DNA from: an uncultured candidate division Zixibacteria bacterium | Lineage (GTDB): Bacteria; Zixibacteria; MSB-5A5; GN15; FEB-12 | Direction of reading: 5' to 3' | Length of the DNA: 64,000 nt | Assembly (NCBI GenBank): GCA_963735035.1 | Contig: CAVTJJ010000003.1 | Span: forward strand, 256,001 to 320,000 | Part shown: piece after piece, positions 1 through 9,520 of the stretch | How positions within the stretch are numbered: the stretch's first letter is position 1 | How the letters are laid out: each line of letters starts with the position of its first letter | Translations under genes and position numbers: made by a program | Notes under the pieces: generated by a model | Told to the model about the DNA's origin: nothing | What the model saw: only the letters and a program-made list of their open reading frames with translations | Database searches by the model: none

Positions 1-1
1 A

Positions 2-1153
2 ATCGGCGAAGAGCTGACTCTCACTACCGGTACGTCTCGTCCCTCTGAAGGCATAATTGCCGTCAACCATCCCGGCATTATCAAATCGATGCGCAAGGGT
101 GAGCGACTGTTTGTTGACGACGGTAAGCTGGCCTTTGATGTGATCACCGTGTCTTCGGGTAAAGTCCGTATGCGCTGCCTCACCGATGGAGCCCTGACGG
201 GTGGCAAGGGGATCAACCTGCCCGATACCGACCTCAAGATTCCTACAATCACACGGAAGGACAACGAGGACATCGCAACGGCAGTGGCATGTAAGGCCGA
301 TCTGATCGCCCTCTCGTTTGTGCGATCCGGCGATGACATAATTGAGGCCAGACGGATACTGCGCAAGCTTGGTGGAAAACAGAAGATCATCGCCAAACTC
401 GAAAAGCGCGAAGCGGTCGAACGACTCGACGACATCATGCTCCTGGCCGATGGCGTCATGGTCGCCCGCGGGGATCTTGGCGTCGAACTGCCGGTTGAGA
501 CCGTTCCGGAACTCCAGAAACAGATAATCCGCAGGGCCCACCGGCATCGCAAACCTGTGATTGTCGCGACGCAGATGATGGAATCGATGCGCTTTGCTCC
601 AACTCCCACCCGGGCCGAAGTTAACGACGTGGCGTCGGCTGTTTTCGATTTCATCGACGCCGTAATGCTGTCGGCAGAGACCTCCACCGGACAATTCCCG
701 CTTGAGTCCGTCCAGACCATGACCCGCGTTATCGACGCCGCCGAAAAGGACTGTGAGGCAAGGCCACCCCTGGGCGATGCTTATCTTGTGAAATCTGAAG
801 TACCCAACTCGATAGCGGAATCCGTGAGCAACGCCAACTCGCACAACGTCGCCATCTTCGCCTTCACATCCTCGGGATTCACGGCTGAGTTGATTTCCAA
901 CCAGTTTCCCGATCAACCGATTATCGCCGTCACCAATGACAAATCCGTGCTGACTCGCCTCACCGTTTGCCGCGGTGTTTACTCGGTGCTGGCAGGCCAG
1001 CCCCGCTCATTTGATGAAATTCTGCGCGTGGTGGAGAAGATCAGCCGCGACTACAAGATCGCCAAGAAGGGTGAAACGGTAGTCATAACCGGCGGCGTAC
1101 CGTTCGGTCGGATGGTCCCGACCAATTTCATGATGTACCACAAGATTACGTAG
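2..1153 (+). CDS. pyk: Pyruvate kinase, 5'-truncated by the window edge
   Basis: Motifs KGINLP, IIAKLEK, DGVMVARGDLGVE, ATQMMESM, PTRAEVNDV and DAVMLSAE. The frame stays open from position 2, upstream of the ORF-track start at 89. Confidence 0.97.
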   Translation: MGEELTLTTGTSRPSEGIIAVNHPGIIKSMRKGERLFVDDGKLAFDVITVSSGKVRMRCLTDGALTGGKGINLPDTDLKIPTITRKDNEDIATAVACKADLIALSFVRSGDDIIEARRILRKLGGKQKIIAKLEKREAVERLDDIMLLADGVMVARGDLGVELPVETVPELQKQIIRRAHRHRKPVIVATQMMESMRFAPTPTRAEVNDVASAVFDFIDAVMLSAETSTGQFPLESVQTMTRVIDAAEKDCEARPPLGDAYLVKSEVPNSIAESVSNANSHNVAIFAFTSSGFTAELISNQFPDQPIIAVTNDKSVLTRLTVCRGVYSVLAGQPRSFDEILRVVEKISRDYKIAKKGETVVITGGVPFGRMVPTNFMMYHKIT

Positions 1154-1166
1154 CTTGCGAATATTC

Positions 1167-1229
1167 GTAGGACAGAACCCCATGAGGGTTCTGCCACTTG
1201 CCGCACGATAATCAATGCCCCCGTCCTAC
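1167..1229. repeat. GTAG-type REP-like palindromic element between convergent genes
   Basis: GTAGGAC...GTCCTAC inverted ends with internal hairpin CAGAACCC-catga-GGGTTCTG. A near-identical hairpin occurs at ~18747. Confidence 0.65.
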
Positions 1230-1239
1230 AAGAACCATC

Positions 1240-1929
1240 TCACAGACAGTTATGCAGGCCCAGCGTCGGCCCGGTGATGAACAAGTAGTCGATCAGCATC
1301 GAGATATCGCCGATTGTGATGTCGTTACAAGTCGGGTTCGAACCGCCCGATTGGTTGATATCCGCCTCGGACAGACATGCAATGATACCGTCGCACGTCC
1401 CGGTGATGAATTTGGCGTCGATCAGCACCGAAATATCTCCGATAGTCGGTTCATCACCGCCCAGGCCGTTAGCGTTGCCCACACGACCCACGCAGCAACT
1501 GCCGCCGCCATTGCCAAAATCCTGCCAGAAGCCGGCAAGGCATTGTGAATTTGGCGAAGACGAAAACCCTACTGCAGTCTGACCGAGAGTGCCCGAGAGG
1601 GCATAGTTGGCGGATACCGCCTCTCCCCCTCCGCCCGAAATCACGTGCCAGTTGATCTGCTCTCCGGCCTGAGGCGCCTTCGCCACGTATGTGGCCGAAG
1701 AATCCGATTGTACTGGTTTTGCTGCTGTCGGCTCCGTCCGACTGGCTTTGGTCTCAGGGGCAGTTGTTGTAGGGGCTGTCGACGACCGTGCGTTCTCCTT
1801 CGATGGTACTACCTTGGACGTACTGGTTGCCCGCTCACCACGGCCTGATTCACGGTCGCCCGCGAACGAGACTGTACAGACAAGGGTGAGCAGCGTTGCT
1901 AACCACACAGTTGTTAGCCGTATCGTCAT
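1240..1929 (-). CDS. Small secreted protein: signal peptide, S/T/P-rich linker, 'VISGGGG...GQ...GFW' domain, C-terminal dockerin-like domain
   Basis: Hydrophobic N-terminus. C-terminal CC-x-GRVGNANG-GGDEPTIGDIS...EADINQSGG...ITIGDIS-LIDYLF duplicated Ca-binding-loop repeat. Confidence 0.85.
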   Translation of the reverse strand: MTIRLTTVWLATLLTLVCTVSFAGDRESGRGERATSTSKVVPSKENARSSTAPTTTAPETKASRTEPTAAKPVQSDSSATYVAKAPQAGEQINWHVISGGGGEAVSANYALSGTLGQTAVGFSSSPNSQCLAGFWQDFGNGGGSCCVGRVGNANGLGGDEPTIGDISVLIDAKFITGTCDGIIACLSEADINQSGGSNPTCNDITIGDISMLIDYLFITGPTLGLHNCL

Positions 1930-1985
1930 ACTTGCCTCTCTGCAAATTACTCTCTAGATACCTATTTCAAGGCGATGGAACTGAA

Positions 1986-3455
1986 TTATTGCTTGTCTGA
2001 CATGCCTTGCGCTTGCTGTTGGCGCATCTTGTTCATCTTTGCTTCGGCCAGTTCCCTCTTCAGCCTTTCGGCTTCGGCAGTGGCTTTGGCCGCTCTTAGT
2101 TCAAGATCGCGCAGATCGACTTGATACATGGTCTCGGATGAACCCTCCGCACCCGGACCCGTCGGAACTGACACCGCTTCGGCGTTATCGAACCGGCCAG
2201 CCTCGCCCGGAGGCACCAGGGCTACTACGGATCCGTAGGATGTGGGGTAGTAAGTGGCGGTCAAGATCGAATGTTGAGCATATACCGACGCCCCGGCTCC
2301 GAGAGGTGCATTGAGTCTGGACTCGAGCCTGAACGTGTACGATCCTGCTACAGGTTCATAATAGATTCGAGTACATGTTGGTGAGTAATGGTTAGGACTC
2401 AAATCAACAGAACCTGCAATCAAGACTTCACTGCAATAGGCGGGAAGGGTGAATCCGCCTGCGGTTTCATCGATCTGAAGAAATACTCCGTTGGCTCCAA
2501 TTGTACCGATGAGCCACAATCGCCTGATCTGTCCCTGCAATTCGATGTATCCCGGTGCCGGGATTGTAATTGTCACCGTCACAATATCTTGCATGGTTGT
2601 GGACACATAGATTCCATTGGGATTGTAGTTGCTGGCAATCCCCGGCTCATCGAGAATCTCACGGGAGTCAATGGCGTTATCTGGAAGAATGACCGATGAA
2701 TCTCCGGTGACGCTTGCGTCCAGCCACGTGTTTACCGATCCCGCGCTATTGAACAGCATAAGGTTGCCGCCACTGCCGCCGCCCCCCAGTTTGCCACCGG
2801 ACAGATAGGCGCCTCCGTATGTCGTCGAGGAGCTATCGGCCAATTGTAATTCACCAGCGCCTGCTTCACGCAAGATAACTCTTCCCGCACCGTCTGATCC
2901 ATTCATCTGAATCATCCGGTTGTTTGGATCAACCACCACCCGGTCGGTACCTCCCGATTGCCATTGGCTGGCGACCCCATCGTGCAACGTTGTTCCGGTC
3001 ATCGTCCCGCCTGACAGCGGCAAGTAGCCGGGCGCGGAGGCGACAGAATTGGCCTGATCAGCCCTGAAGGCATACGGGACCGAGGTAAGCCGGGTTCTCG
3101 GTGTCATCTCTGTTTGGGATTCAACAGCAATTCCCAGCCATCGGTTCGGCGCGCTGAAGATTGCCGGATCTAGAGCCATCATAGGAGCCTGACCCAGGAT
3201 CACTGAGAACAGACCACTAGCCGTGACAATCTCGACCTTGTCGGACGTCCATAACAGATCGCCGCCTGTAGAATCAGACCAAATGGAGAACACGCAGGGA
3301 TAGCCACCATCCCTTACCGGCTGACCGGCAGGATCGGTCAGACGGCCCTGGTACGACATCGTAGATGGCACCGTCGGCGGAGCAGCCATTGTTGACGAGG
3401 TCACAAGGACCAAGATCACGGCGGTTAACAGTCTAGTGCGCCAATCAAAGTTCAT
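1986..3455 (-). CDS. Secreted fibre/adhesin-like protein with N-terminal 'PSTMSYQGRLTD' domain and C-terminal coiled coil
   Basis: Signal peptide. N-terminal ~110 aa is homologous to 16577..18478 (MSYQG...GxFSVILG...PRTRLTSVPY). Heptad-like C-terminal tail. Confidence 0.8.
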   Translation of the reverse strand: MNFDWRTRLLTAVILVLVTSSTMAAPPTVPSTMSYQGRLTDPAGQPVRDGGYPCVFSIWSDSTGGDLLWTSDKVEIVTASGLFSVILGQAPMMALDPAIFSAPNRWLGIAVESQTEMTPRTRLTSVPYAFRADQANSVASAPGYLPLSGGTMTGTTLHDGVASQWQSGGTDRVVVDPNNRMIQMNGSDGAGRVILREAGAGELQLADSSSTTYGGAYLSGGKLGGGGSGGNLMLFNSAGSVNTWLDASVTGDSSVILPDNAIDSREILDEPGIASNYNPNGIYVSTTMQDIVTVTITIPAPGYIELQGQIRRLWLIGTIGANGVFLQIDETAGGFTLPAYCSEVLIAGSVDLSPNHYSPTCTRIYYEPVAGSYTFRLESRLNAPLGAGASVYAQHSILTATYYPTSYGSVVALVPPGEAGRFDNAEAVSVPTGPGAEGSSETMYQVDLRDLELRAAKATAEAERLKRELAEAKMNKMRQQQAQGMSDKQ

Positions 3456-3677
3456 GCGGTCTCCTGTTTCGATCTTCCGAGAATCGTGCTAGGCATTTCA
3501 AGTATTATCGTCACCCGGCCCCGCAAGGGCCATGGAAAGGGCGTAACAAACCCCGAAAATAGCGTCTGGACGCCGGTTTCGGGCATATTCGAAGGGGATA
3601 TTACGGAGATTGTATGGACAAATACACTCCAAATTGCCCGTTTTGTCAAGATTTGACTGAAACTGGAGTACCGGGAC

Positions 3678-3712
3678 AGAAAAGCCTCCGGATCGGGTGG
3701 ATCCGGAGGCTT
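3678..3712 (-). terminator. Intrinsic terminator after the beta-propeller gene
   Basis: AAGCCTCCGGATC / GATCCGGAGGCTT stem followed by TTTT on the minus strand. Confidence 0.75.
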
Positions 3713-3753
3713 ACATTGAGTATCAACGTAATTGGTGCAGTGAACCCACTGCC

Positions 3754-6336
3754 TCAGAGACAATTCGGCAGGCCCATCGACGGACCTGTAATAAACAAGT
3801 AGTCGATCAATACAGATATATCGCCGATAGTCACATCGTCACAAATTGGTCCGGTGCCGCCGGACTGATTGATATCCGCCTCTGAAATACATGCAATGAT
3901 GTTATCACAAACACCCGTAATGAACTTGGCATCGATCATGGCGCTGACATCGCCGATCGTGGGTTCATCGCCGCCTGTGCCGTTGGCATCGCCAACCCGA
4001 TTGACACAACAGTTGGACTGACTCTTGGACCATTGCGCCAGGTCGATAGAGAGCTTGTTCCCAGCAATCGTGAAGCTCCCCCCCACTATCAATTCACCGT
4101 TGTACTCAGTCAGCGCATTAAGATACAAGGCGTCTACTCCCGATCCCAAGGCTGACCAGGTACGTCCGTTCCAAGAGGCTATCCTTCTAGCCGCTGCTTC
4201 CCCTGCCACGGAGAACCATCCCCCCGCAATCAGTTTTCCATCGTACACTGACAGGACTTCGACATCAGCATTGACCCCTGCTCCCAGCGGTGACCAGTTG
4301 GTCCCATCCCAGAGTGCTATCTTGCTCGCCGCCACAGTGTCGGCCTGTGTAAACCAACCACCGGCAACTAGTTTCCCGTCGTACACGGTCAGGGCATAGA
4401 CGGGGTTGTCCATTCCCCTCCACGATCCCAGCGACGACCAACTGCTACCGTCCCAGGACGCAATTCCGTGAACCTCAACACCGCCGGCGTTTACGAACTC
4501 ACCCCCTGCAATCAATTTCCCATCGTACACAGCCACGGCATAGACGTTGTTATCCATCCCGAATCCGAACCCCAACCAGGACCAACTGCTCCCATCCCAG
4601 GCCGCAACCCGGTAGGCGGGCACTCCGCCGGCCGTTGTGAACGAGCCCCCCGCTATCAATTTGCCATCGTATATGGTGAACGATAAGACCTGACTGCCCA
4701 TCCCCGACCCCAGCGTGGACCAACTGCTCCCATCCCACGACGCTATGTTGTCTGCCCAAACACTGCCGGCCATTGAGAACCGGCCTCCCGCTATCAGTTT
4801 CCCGTCGTACACAGTCATATCAAAGACATAGTTATTGATCCCTGAACCCAACGGCGACCAGACACTTCCATCCCAGGATGCTACTCTATTCGCCATCACG
4901 CCGCCGATCATTGTGAAACTGCCGCCTGCAATCAGTTTTCCGTCGTAAACGGTCAAGGAAAAGACAGTCCCATTCATCCCCGATCCCATTCGTGACCAGT
5001 TGCTACCATCCCAGGACGCTATCCTGGTCGCCGGCACGCCGCCGGCCTTTGTGAACCATCCCCCCGCTATCAGCTTCGTGTCGTACACGGTCAAGGCGTG
5101 GACAGAAGGAGTACCTCCTTCCATTTCCATCCCCGACCCCAACGACGACCAACTGCTCCCATCCCAGGATGCTATCCTGCCTGCTGCCAGGCCATCGGCC
5201 GTAAAGAAATCTCCACCAGCGATCAGTTTCGCGTCATACACAGTCAAGCTAGAGACAACGCCATATTCATTCATCCCCGCCCCCAACGGCGACCAATTGG
5301 CCCCGTCCCAGGACGCCACATTGACAGCAGCTACGCCACCGGCCGTTCTGAAGAAGCCCCCCACTATCAGCTTGTTATCATAAACAGTCAGGGCTTCGCC
5401 CCGTGGGTATTCTCCACCTATCCCCGCCCCCAATGGGGTCCAACTGCTCCCGTCCCAGGAAGCAATACTGTTCGCCGCCACACCACCGGCTGTGAAGAAA
5501 TATCCGCCTGCGATCAGCTTTCCGTCATACACGGTCAGGGAGAGGACAGGGCCGTTCATGCCCGACCCTAGCGGCGACCAACCGCTACCATCCCATGCTG
5601 CAATATTGCTCACCGCTACACCACCGGCCGTCGCGAATACGCCTCCGGCTATGAGTTTCCCGTCGTACACGGTCAAGGACAAGGCATAAGGTTCCTGTAA
5701 AACCGTTCCTCCTATCCCCGACCCCAGCGGTGACCAACTGCTCCCATCCCATGACGCTACTAAGCTGGCCTCGACACCACCGGCTTTAGTGTATTCCCCC
5801 GCCGCTATCAGGTTACCATTGTACACAGTCAGCGCGTTGACACTCGTGCAGACTTCGTCTCCCATTACTGACCCCAAAGAAGACCATGATACACCATCCC
5901 AGGCTGCGATTTTGTCGGCCATTTCACCGCCAGCCGCCTGAAAATATCCGCTGACTACGAGCCGTCCATCGTATACAATTGCATCCGTGACACCGGCGTC
6001 AACGCCGGCAAGCGATGGTGAGATACTGTTATCCCAGAAGATGTCATCCTGGCTGTCGGCTGTTGCAGCTGCTCCGGAAGTTCGGAATATCGGCCGGCCC
6101 GTGGCCGGGTCGATGACCGATTCGAGGCCTGCCATTTCCAGCGATCCCTGATAGCCGGAACGCCGCACCGCCTCCAGATCGAAACGTCCGTCAGGAGCGA
6201 GAAATTCGCTGACACTTCTGCCTTTGGGCGTTCCCACCTCAAGTGCCGATTTGTCCTCAGCCCGTACGTGCGACACTCCTGCAATGAGCCCACACAACGC
6301 TATTGCTGCGATACACAACCAAGAGAATTGTTTCAT
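3754..6336 (-). CDS. Secreted 14-repeat beta-propeller protein (probably 2 x 7 blades) with C-terminal dockerin-like domain
   Basis: ATG at 6336 with AGGAGG RBS, then signal peptide MKQFSWLCIAA. Fourteen ~47-aa repeats LTVYDGKLIAGGxFxxAGGVxAxxIASWDGSSWSxLGSG, then dockerin-like tail. Confidence 0.9.
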   Translation of the reverse strand: MKQFSWLCIAAIALCGLIAGVSHVRAEDKSALEVGTPKGRSVSEFLAPDGRFDLEAVRRSGYQGSLEMAGLESVIDPATGRPIFRTSGAAATADSQDDIFWDNSISPSLAGVDAGVTDAIVYDGRLVVSGYFQAAGGEMADKIAAWDGVSWSSLGSVMGDEVCTSVNALTVYNGNLIAAGEYTKAGGVEASLVASWDGSSWSPLGSGIGGTVLQEPYALSLTVYDGKLIAGGVFATAGGVAVSNIAAWDGSGWSPLGSGMNGPVLSLTVYDGKLIAGGYFFTAGGVAANSIASWDGSSWTPLGAGIGGEYPRGEALTVYDNKLIVGGFFRTAGGVAAVNVASWDGANWSPLGAGMNEYGVVSSLTVYDAKLIAGGDFFTADGLAAGRIASWDGSSWSSLGSGMEMEGGTPSVHALTVYDTKLIAGGWFTKAGGVPATRIASWDGSNWSRMGSGMNGTVFSLTVYDGKLIAGGSFTMIGGVMANRVASWDGSVWSPLGSGINNYVFDMTVYDGKLIAGGRFSMAGSVWADNIASWDGSSWSTLGSGMGSQVLSFTIYDGKLIAGGSFTTAGGVPAYRVAAWDGSSWSWLGFGFGMDNNVYAVAVYDGKLIAGGEFVNAGGVEVHGIASWDGSSWSSLGSWRGMDNPVYALTVYDGKLVAGGWFTQADTVAASKIALWDGTNWSPLGAGVNADVEVLSVYDGKLIAGGWFSVAGEAAARRIASWNGRTWSALGSGVDALYLNALTEYNGELIVGGSFTIAGNKLSIDLAQWSKSQSNCCVNRVGDANGTGGDEPTIGDVSAMIDAKFITGVCDNIIACISEADINQSGGTGPICDDVTIGDISVLIDYLFITGPSMGLPNCL

Positions 6337-6671
6337 GCAGACAACCTCCTCTGACGAGCGGTTAGCTATAACGCGGCGACCGCGATCCTGATTCGACTTT
6401 TGGTATAATGGCGGTACCCAAGACAAACCCGATTCCCGAATTCGCGTCCCAAAGGTTGACTTGACAATGTTGTGCGACGGATAGAATAGTTTACGTTGCC
6501 AATTTACTCCACACAACCCTTCGTGTCAACTGATTTGTGGTTTACCGTATAGATGAGTTAGCGTCCAACGGAATTATCGAGGCAACAATTCGTTATTACA
6601 CACTAACACAGATGCACTTGTTTGTTGGCTCCTATTCTGGTCATAGCCGGAGATGACTGGATCACAAACGA

Positions 6672-6705
6672 GAAGCGGCCATCCCAAGGACGGGATGACC
6701 GCTTC
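6672..6705 (-). terminator. Hairpin, probable terminator after the 6727..9198 gene
   Basis: GAAGCGGcCATCCC / GGGATGaCCGCTTC inverted repeat just past the stop codon. Confidence 0.55.
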
Positions 6706-6726
6706 ACACTCGGGCCATTTGCATTA

Positions 6727-9198
6727 TCACAAACAGTTGGACAAACCCATCGACGGACCGGTAATAAACAAGTAGTCGATCAGCATCGAAATATCTCCAA
6801 TCGTAACGTCATCACAAATCGGAGCAGCGGCGCCAGACTGATTGATATCCGCCTCTGAAAGGCAGTTCAGGATTCCGTCGCAAGTCCCGGTAATGAATTT
6901 GGCGTCGATCATGGCGCTGACATCGCCGATCGTGGGTTCATCGCCGCCCGCACCGTTGGCATCGCCGACTCGAGACACACAACAATTGTCAGGCGATCCG
7001 ACCTCAGTCAATTCACGAAGTAATCCTATCTGAATACCCCGCATCGAGGCTGGATTGTCGAGCGACTCGGAGATCCAGATCGGCGGTTGACTCAAACTGT
7101 AAATCTGGTTGGGATCATTCAGAGAAGCGGTATTGACCCGAGTCCACGAACAGTTGCCTTCCCCTCCATACGCGCTGTCGGTGGCGGCGTTGATCAACGT
7201 TATCGCGTGGTGGTTGTCGGTGATCTTCGCGTTGTGATCGCGTTCCGTTTGGATTCGAAGATATGTCGTTTGAATCAGCGGCATAAAGCGGTCAGCTTCG
7301 CGCTCCGACCAGAAAGCCACATCGGCCGTGTCGTGTGGCACGTGACCGCCGTTGATCTGCGCCGTGGCGGTACGGTTGTGCGGCCCTTCGAAATCGAGGA
7401 GAAAGTGTAGCGGCGGATCATCGGGGTATCGCGCGAGCACACCCGAAGCCATCGTGATGCCGTAGGACTGCGAGAAAATACCTATACGTGCCGGATCGAC
7501 TTCCGGCAAACCGGACAGAAACCGGGTCACCTGGCGAAGGCCATCCTGCTGGATGTACCCGTCGTAATCCTCAGTTGTGTACGATCCGCTGTCGGTGGAA
7601 AGCCCTCGACCGTCGGGATCAAAGTGCATAACGATGAATCCGGAATCAGCCACGGCCGCGGCTAGTCCTGACAAATCGAAGCTGTTTCCCGCCCCTGAAC
7701 CGCCCGGCACCATTACCACTCCGGGATAAGTACGAAGCGGATCGAAACCGGTCGGTCGATGAATATGGGCGACTATATCAATTCCACTGGAAGGATTGAA
7801 TAACAGGATCATCTGAGTACCGGCCACTGCGGGCGGACCGACTTCCAGCACCACCGGTGTACTCCCGACATTTATCTGATCAGCCACGGCGGGTAAGATG
7901 ACTCCGGTCTTCACGTTTGTTGCGATCAGGGAGGCGCCTGTCTGCCCCATCGCGGTAAGAATGCCGCCAAGGTTAACAATATCAGCGCCGTCGGTTTCTC
8001 GAAACAACAGCAGCACCGACTTGTTAGGATCGGAGGGATTCTGCGCCGCGTCTCTCAGCATTTCAAAGACTCTTACACCGGGTACGCCGAGTGTGCCGGT
8101 TCGTTCTTCGATGACGCCACAATCTCTTAACGCCCAGGCGAGGTATGGAAACTGATCGGTCGCGGTGTCAGTGGGTAGTGGCTCTCCCCCGGCCGCCTCA
8201 TAGTCTTCGAAGACTCCCTTGAGTTCATGATCGTTGACGAAGCGTGCGATGACGTTACCCCGTGGGGAAGTCTGGCTGGTGAAATTGTCATGCATCCAGG
8301 TGAGCAGGTCGGCGATACCGGCGGCATAAGTCTCCGTCGAGCGGCCGCCATGATTGCACCATCCCCAGCTCCACACTTGCTGCGGCAAACTAAGCCGCTC
8401 CCGCTCCAGCCATTCCATGTAGACGAGCAGAAATTCCTTTTTCAACTGTGGAAATCTGAGATCGAAGAAGATCCGCCGCTCATCCGGACCGTGATAACTG
8501 GCCTCGCCCGGCTGCGGGAAATGCGGATAGGTGACTATACCGTCTGTCCTCCGTTCGACGGTCCAAACAATGTGCTGTCCCCGAGGTATCGGAACCATTT
8601 CCTCAATAGCTCTAAGATTATACCCCAGGTCTACCCAACAGGTGGGGCATTCATAGTGCGACTCGCCGTGCCAGAGCTGATCCGCACCTACCAGACTCGC
8701 CACCAGGTCATGGTTGTCGTGCCAGTGCTGTTCAATTTCGGCTTGTGAAGCCACAAGTTTGTAAGTCCACTGGGTAGGGTCCGCCCCCTGTAGAAACGAG
8801 TGAGAGTGCACTCCCAAATTGTGTCCGGCGGCAAGATGAGCCGCCCAGAGGGCGCTGTCGCCTTCCATTTTCGCCCGGGCAGCATAGGCGCCGCTCATCT
8901 GAAAAGAAATGCGGGCGCCGACCGATTCCGCCTGGCTCATTTCCCACTCAAGCTGACTTTTGGTGTAGTTGTACCTGGCGGTAGTTGTTGAATACGTCGT
9001 CCCCTCAATCAAAGGCGGCATATAATCGATGACGCTTTCGACCTCAACGTGATTGACATACAGGATATGAATCGGCATCTGCGCCGCAGCCTGCCGTTGT
9101 GCCCCCTCCGCCGAGCCGAGGGTGATCGCTACGGTCGCACAAATCGCGACCAGCCATGTGAATACTCTGGTAGAACAGTTCACTTCACCTCCGAACAA
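6727..9198 (-). CDS. Secreted two-domain protein: deacetylase-like metal-binding N-domain, alpha/beta-hydrolase domain, dockerin-like tail
   Basis: Signal peptide (true start probably GTG ~9183). NHVEVE and GVHSH motifs. VMVPGG, FDPDGRG and RIGIFSQSYG nucleophile elbow. Dockerin-like C-terminus. Confidence 0.8.
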   Translation of the reverse strand: MFGGEVNCSTRVFTWLVAICATVAITLGSAEGAQRQAAAQMPIHILYVNHVEVESVIDYMPPLIEGTTYSTTTARYNYTKSQLEWEMSQAESVGARISFQMSGAYAARAKMEGDSALWAAHLAAGHNLGVHSHSFLQGADPTQWTYKLVASQAEIEQHWHDNHDLVASLVGADQLWHGESHYECPTCWVDLGYNLRAIEEMVPIPRGQHIVWTVERRTDGIVTYPHFPQPGEASYHGPDERRIFFDLRFPQLKKEFLLVYMEWLERERLSLPQQVWSWGWCNHGGRSTETYAAGIADLLTWMHDNFTSQTSPRGNVIARFVNDHELKGVFEDYEAAGGEPLPTDTATDQFPYLAWALRDCGVIEERTGTLGVPGVRVFEMLRDAAQNPSDPNKSVLLLFRETDGADIVNLGGILTAMGQTGASLIATNVKTGVILPAVADQINVGSTPVVLEVGPPAVAGTQMILLFNPSSGIDIVAHIHRPTGFDPLRTYPGVVMVPGGSGAGNSFDLSGLAAAVADSGFIVMHFDPDGRGLSTDSGSYTTEDYDGYIQQDGLRQVTRFLSGLPEVDPARIGIFSQSYGITMASGVLARYPDDPPLHFLLDFEGPHNRTATAQINGGHVPHDTADVAFWSEREADRFMPLIQTTYLRIQTERDHNAKITDNHHAITLINAATDSAYGGEGNCSWTRVNTASLNDPNQIYSLSQPPIWISESLDNPASMRGIQIGLLRELTEVGSPDNCCVSRVGDANGAGGDEPTIGDVSAMIDAKFITGTCDGILNCLSEADINQSGAAAPICDDVTIGDISMLIDYLFITGPSMGLSNCL

Positions 9199-9404
9199 AA
9201 GAAGTTCAGAAACAAAACATGTTCAATTCGAGTCTCTTGAGAGCGAAGAGAACCGATACGACTTTACAAACACCGTCTCGTCAGCCAGCCCGATTACCGG
9301 CCATCAATTGATCAATCAGAAGACATGCAAGTGGTGCGCATATTCGCGACCGCAGGCGGTGTCTTTGTCATCGCCAGGGTCGCTTATGTTCTCAATACAG
9401 TGCT

Positions 9405-9433
9405 AATATAGACCAAAAAGATCATTACTGCAA
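9405..9433 (-). promoter_or_regulatory. Putative sigma70 promoter for 6727..9198
   Basis: Minus strand TTGCAG-17 nt-TATATT. Confidence 0.45.
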
Positions 9434-9443
9434 GAATTGATAC

Positions 9444-9479
9444 AAAAAAGTCTCCGGACCAACTTGATCCGGAGACTTT
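9444..9479 (-). terminator. Intrinsic terminator after the 9521..10975 gene
   Basis: AAAGTCTCCGGA / TCCGGAGACTTT stem with a T6 tract on the minus strand. Confidence 0.8.
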
Positions 9480-9520
9480 CTCAATAGTATGACAGACTCA
9501 ATTACACTTCTACATAGATA

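Noticed and set aside
9345..9383. Hairpin in the leader of 6727..9198 as a riboswitch
   Set aside because: A GCGACC/GGTCGC stem is present, but I could not match any known aptamer consensus.
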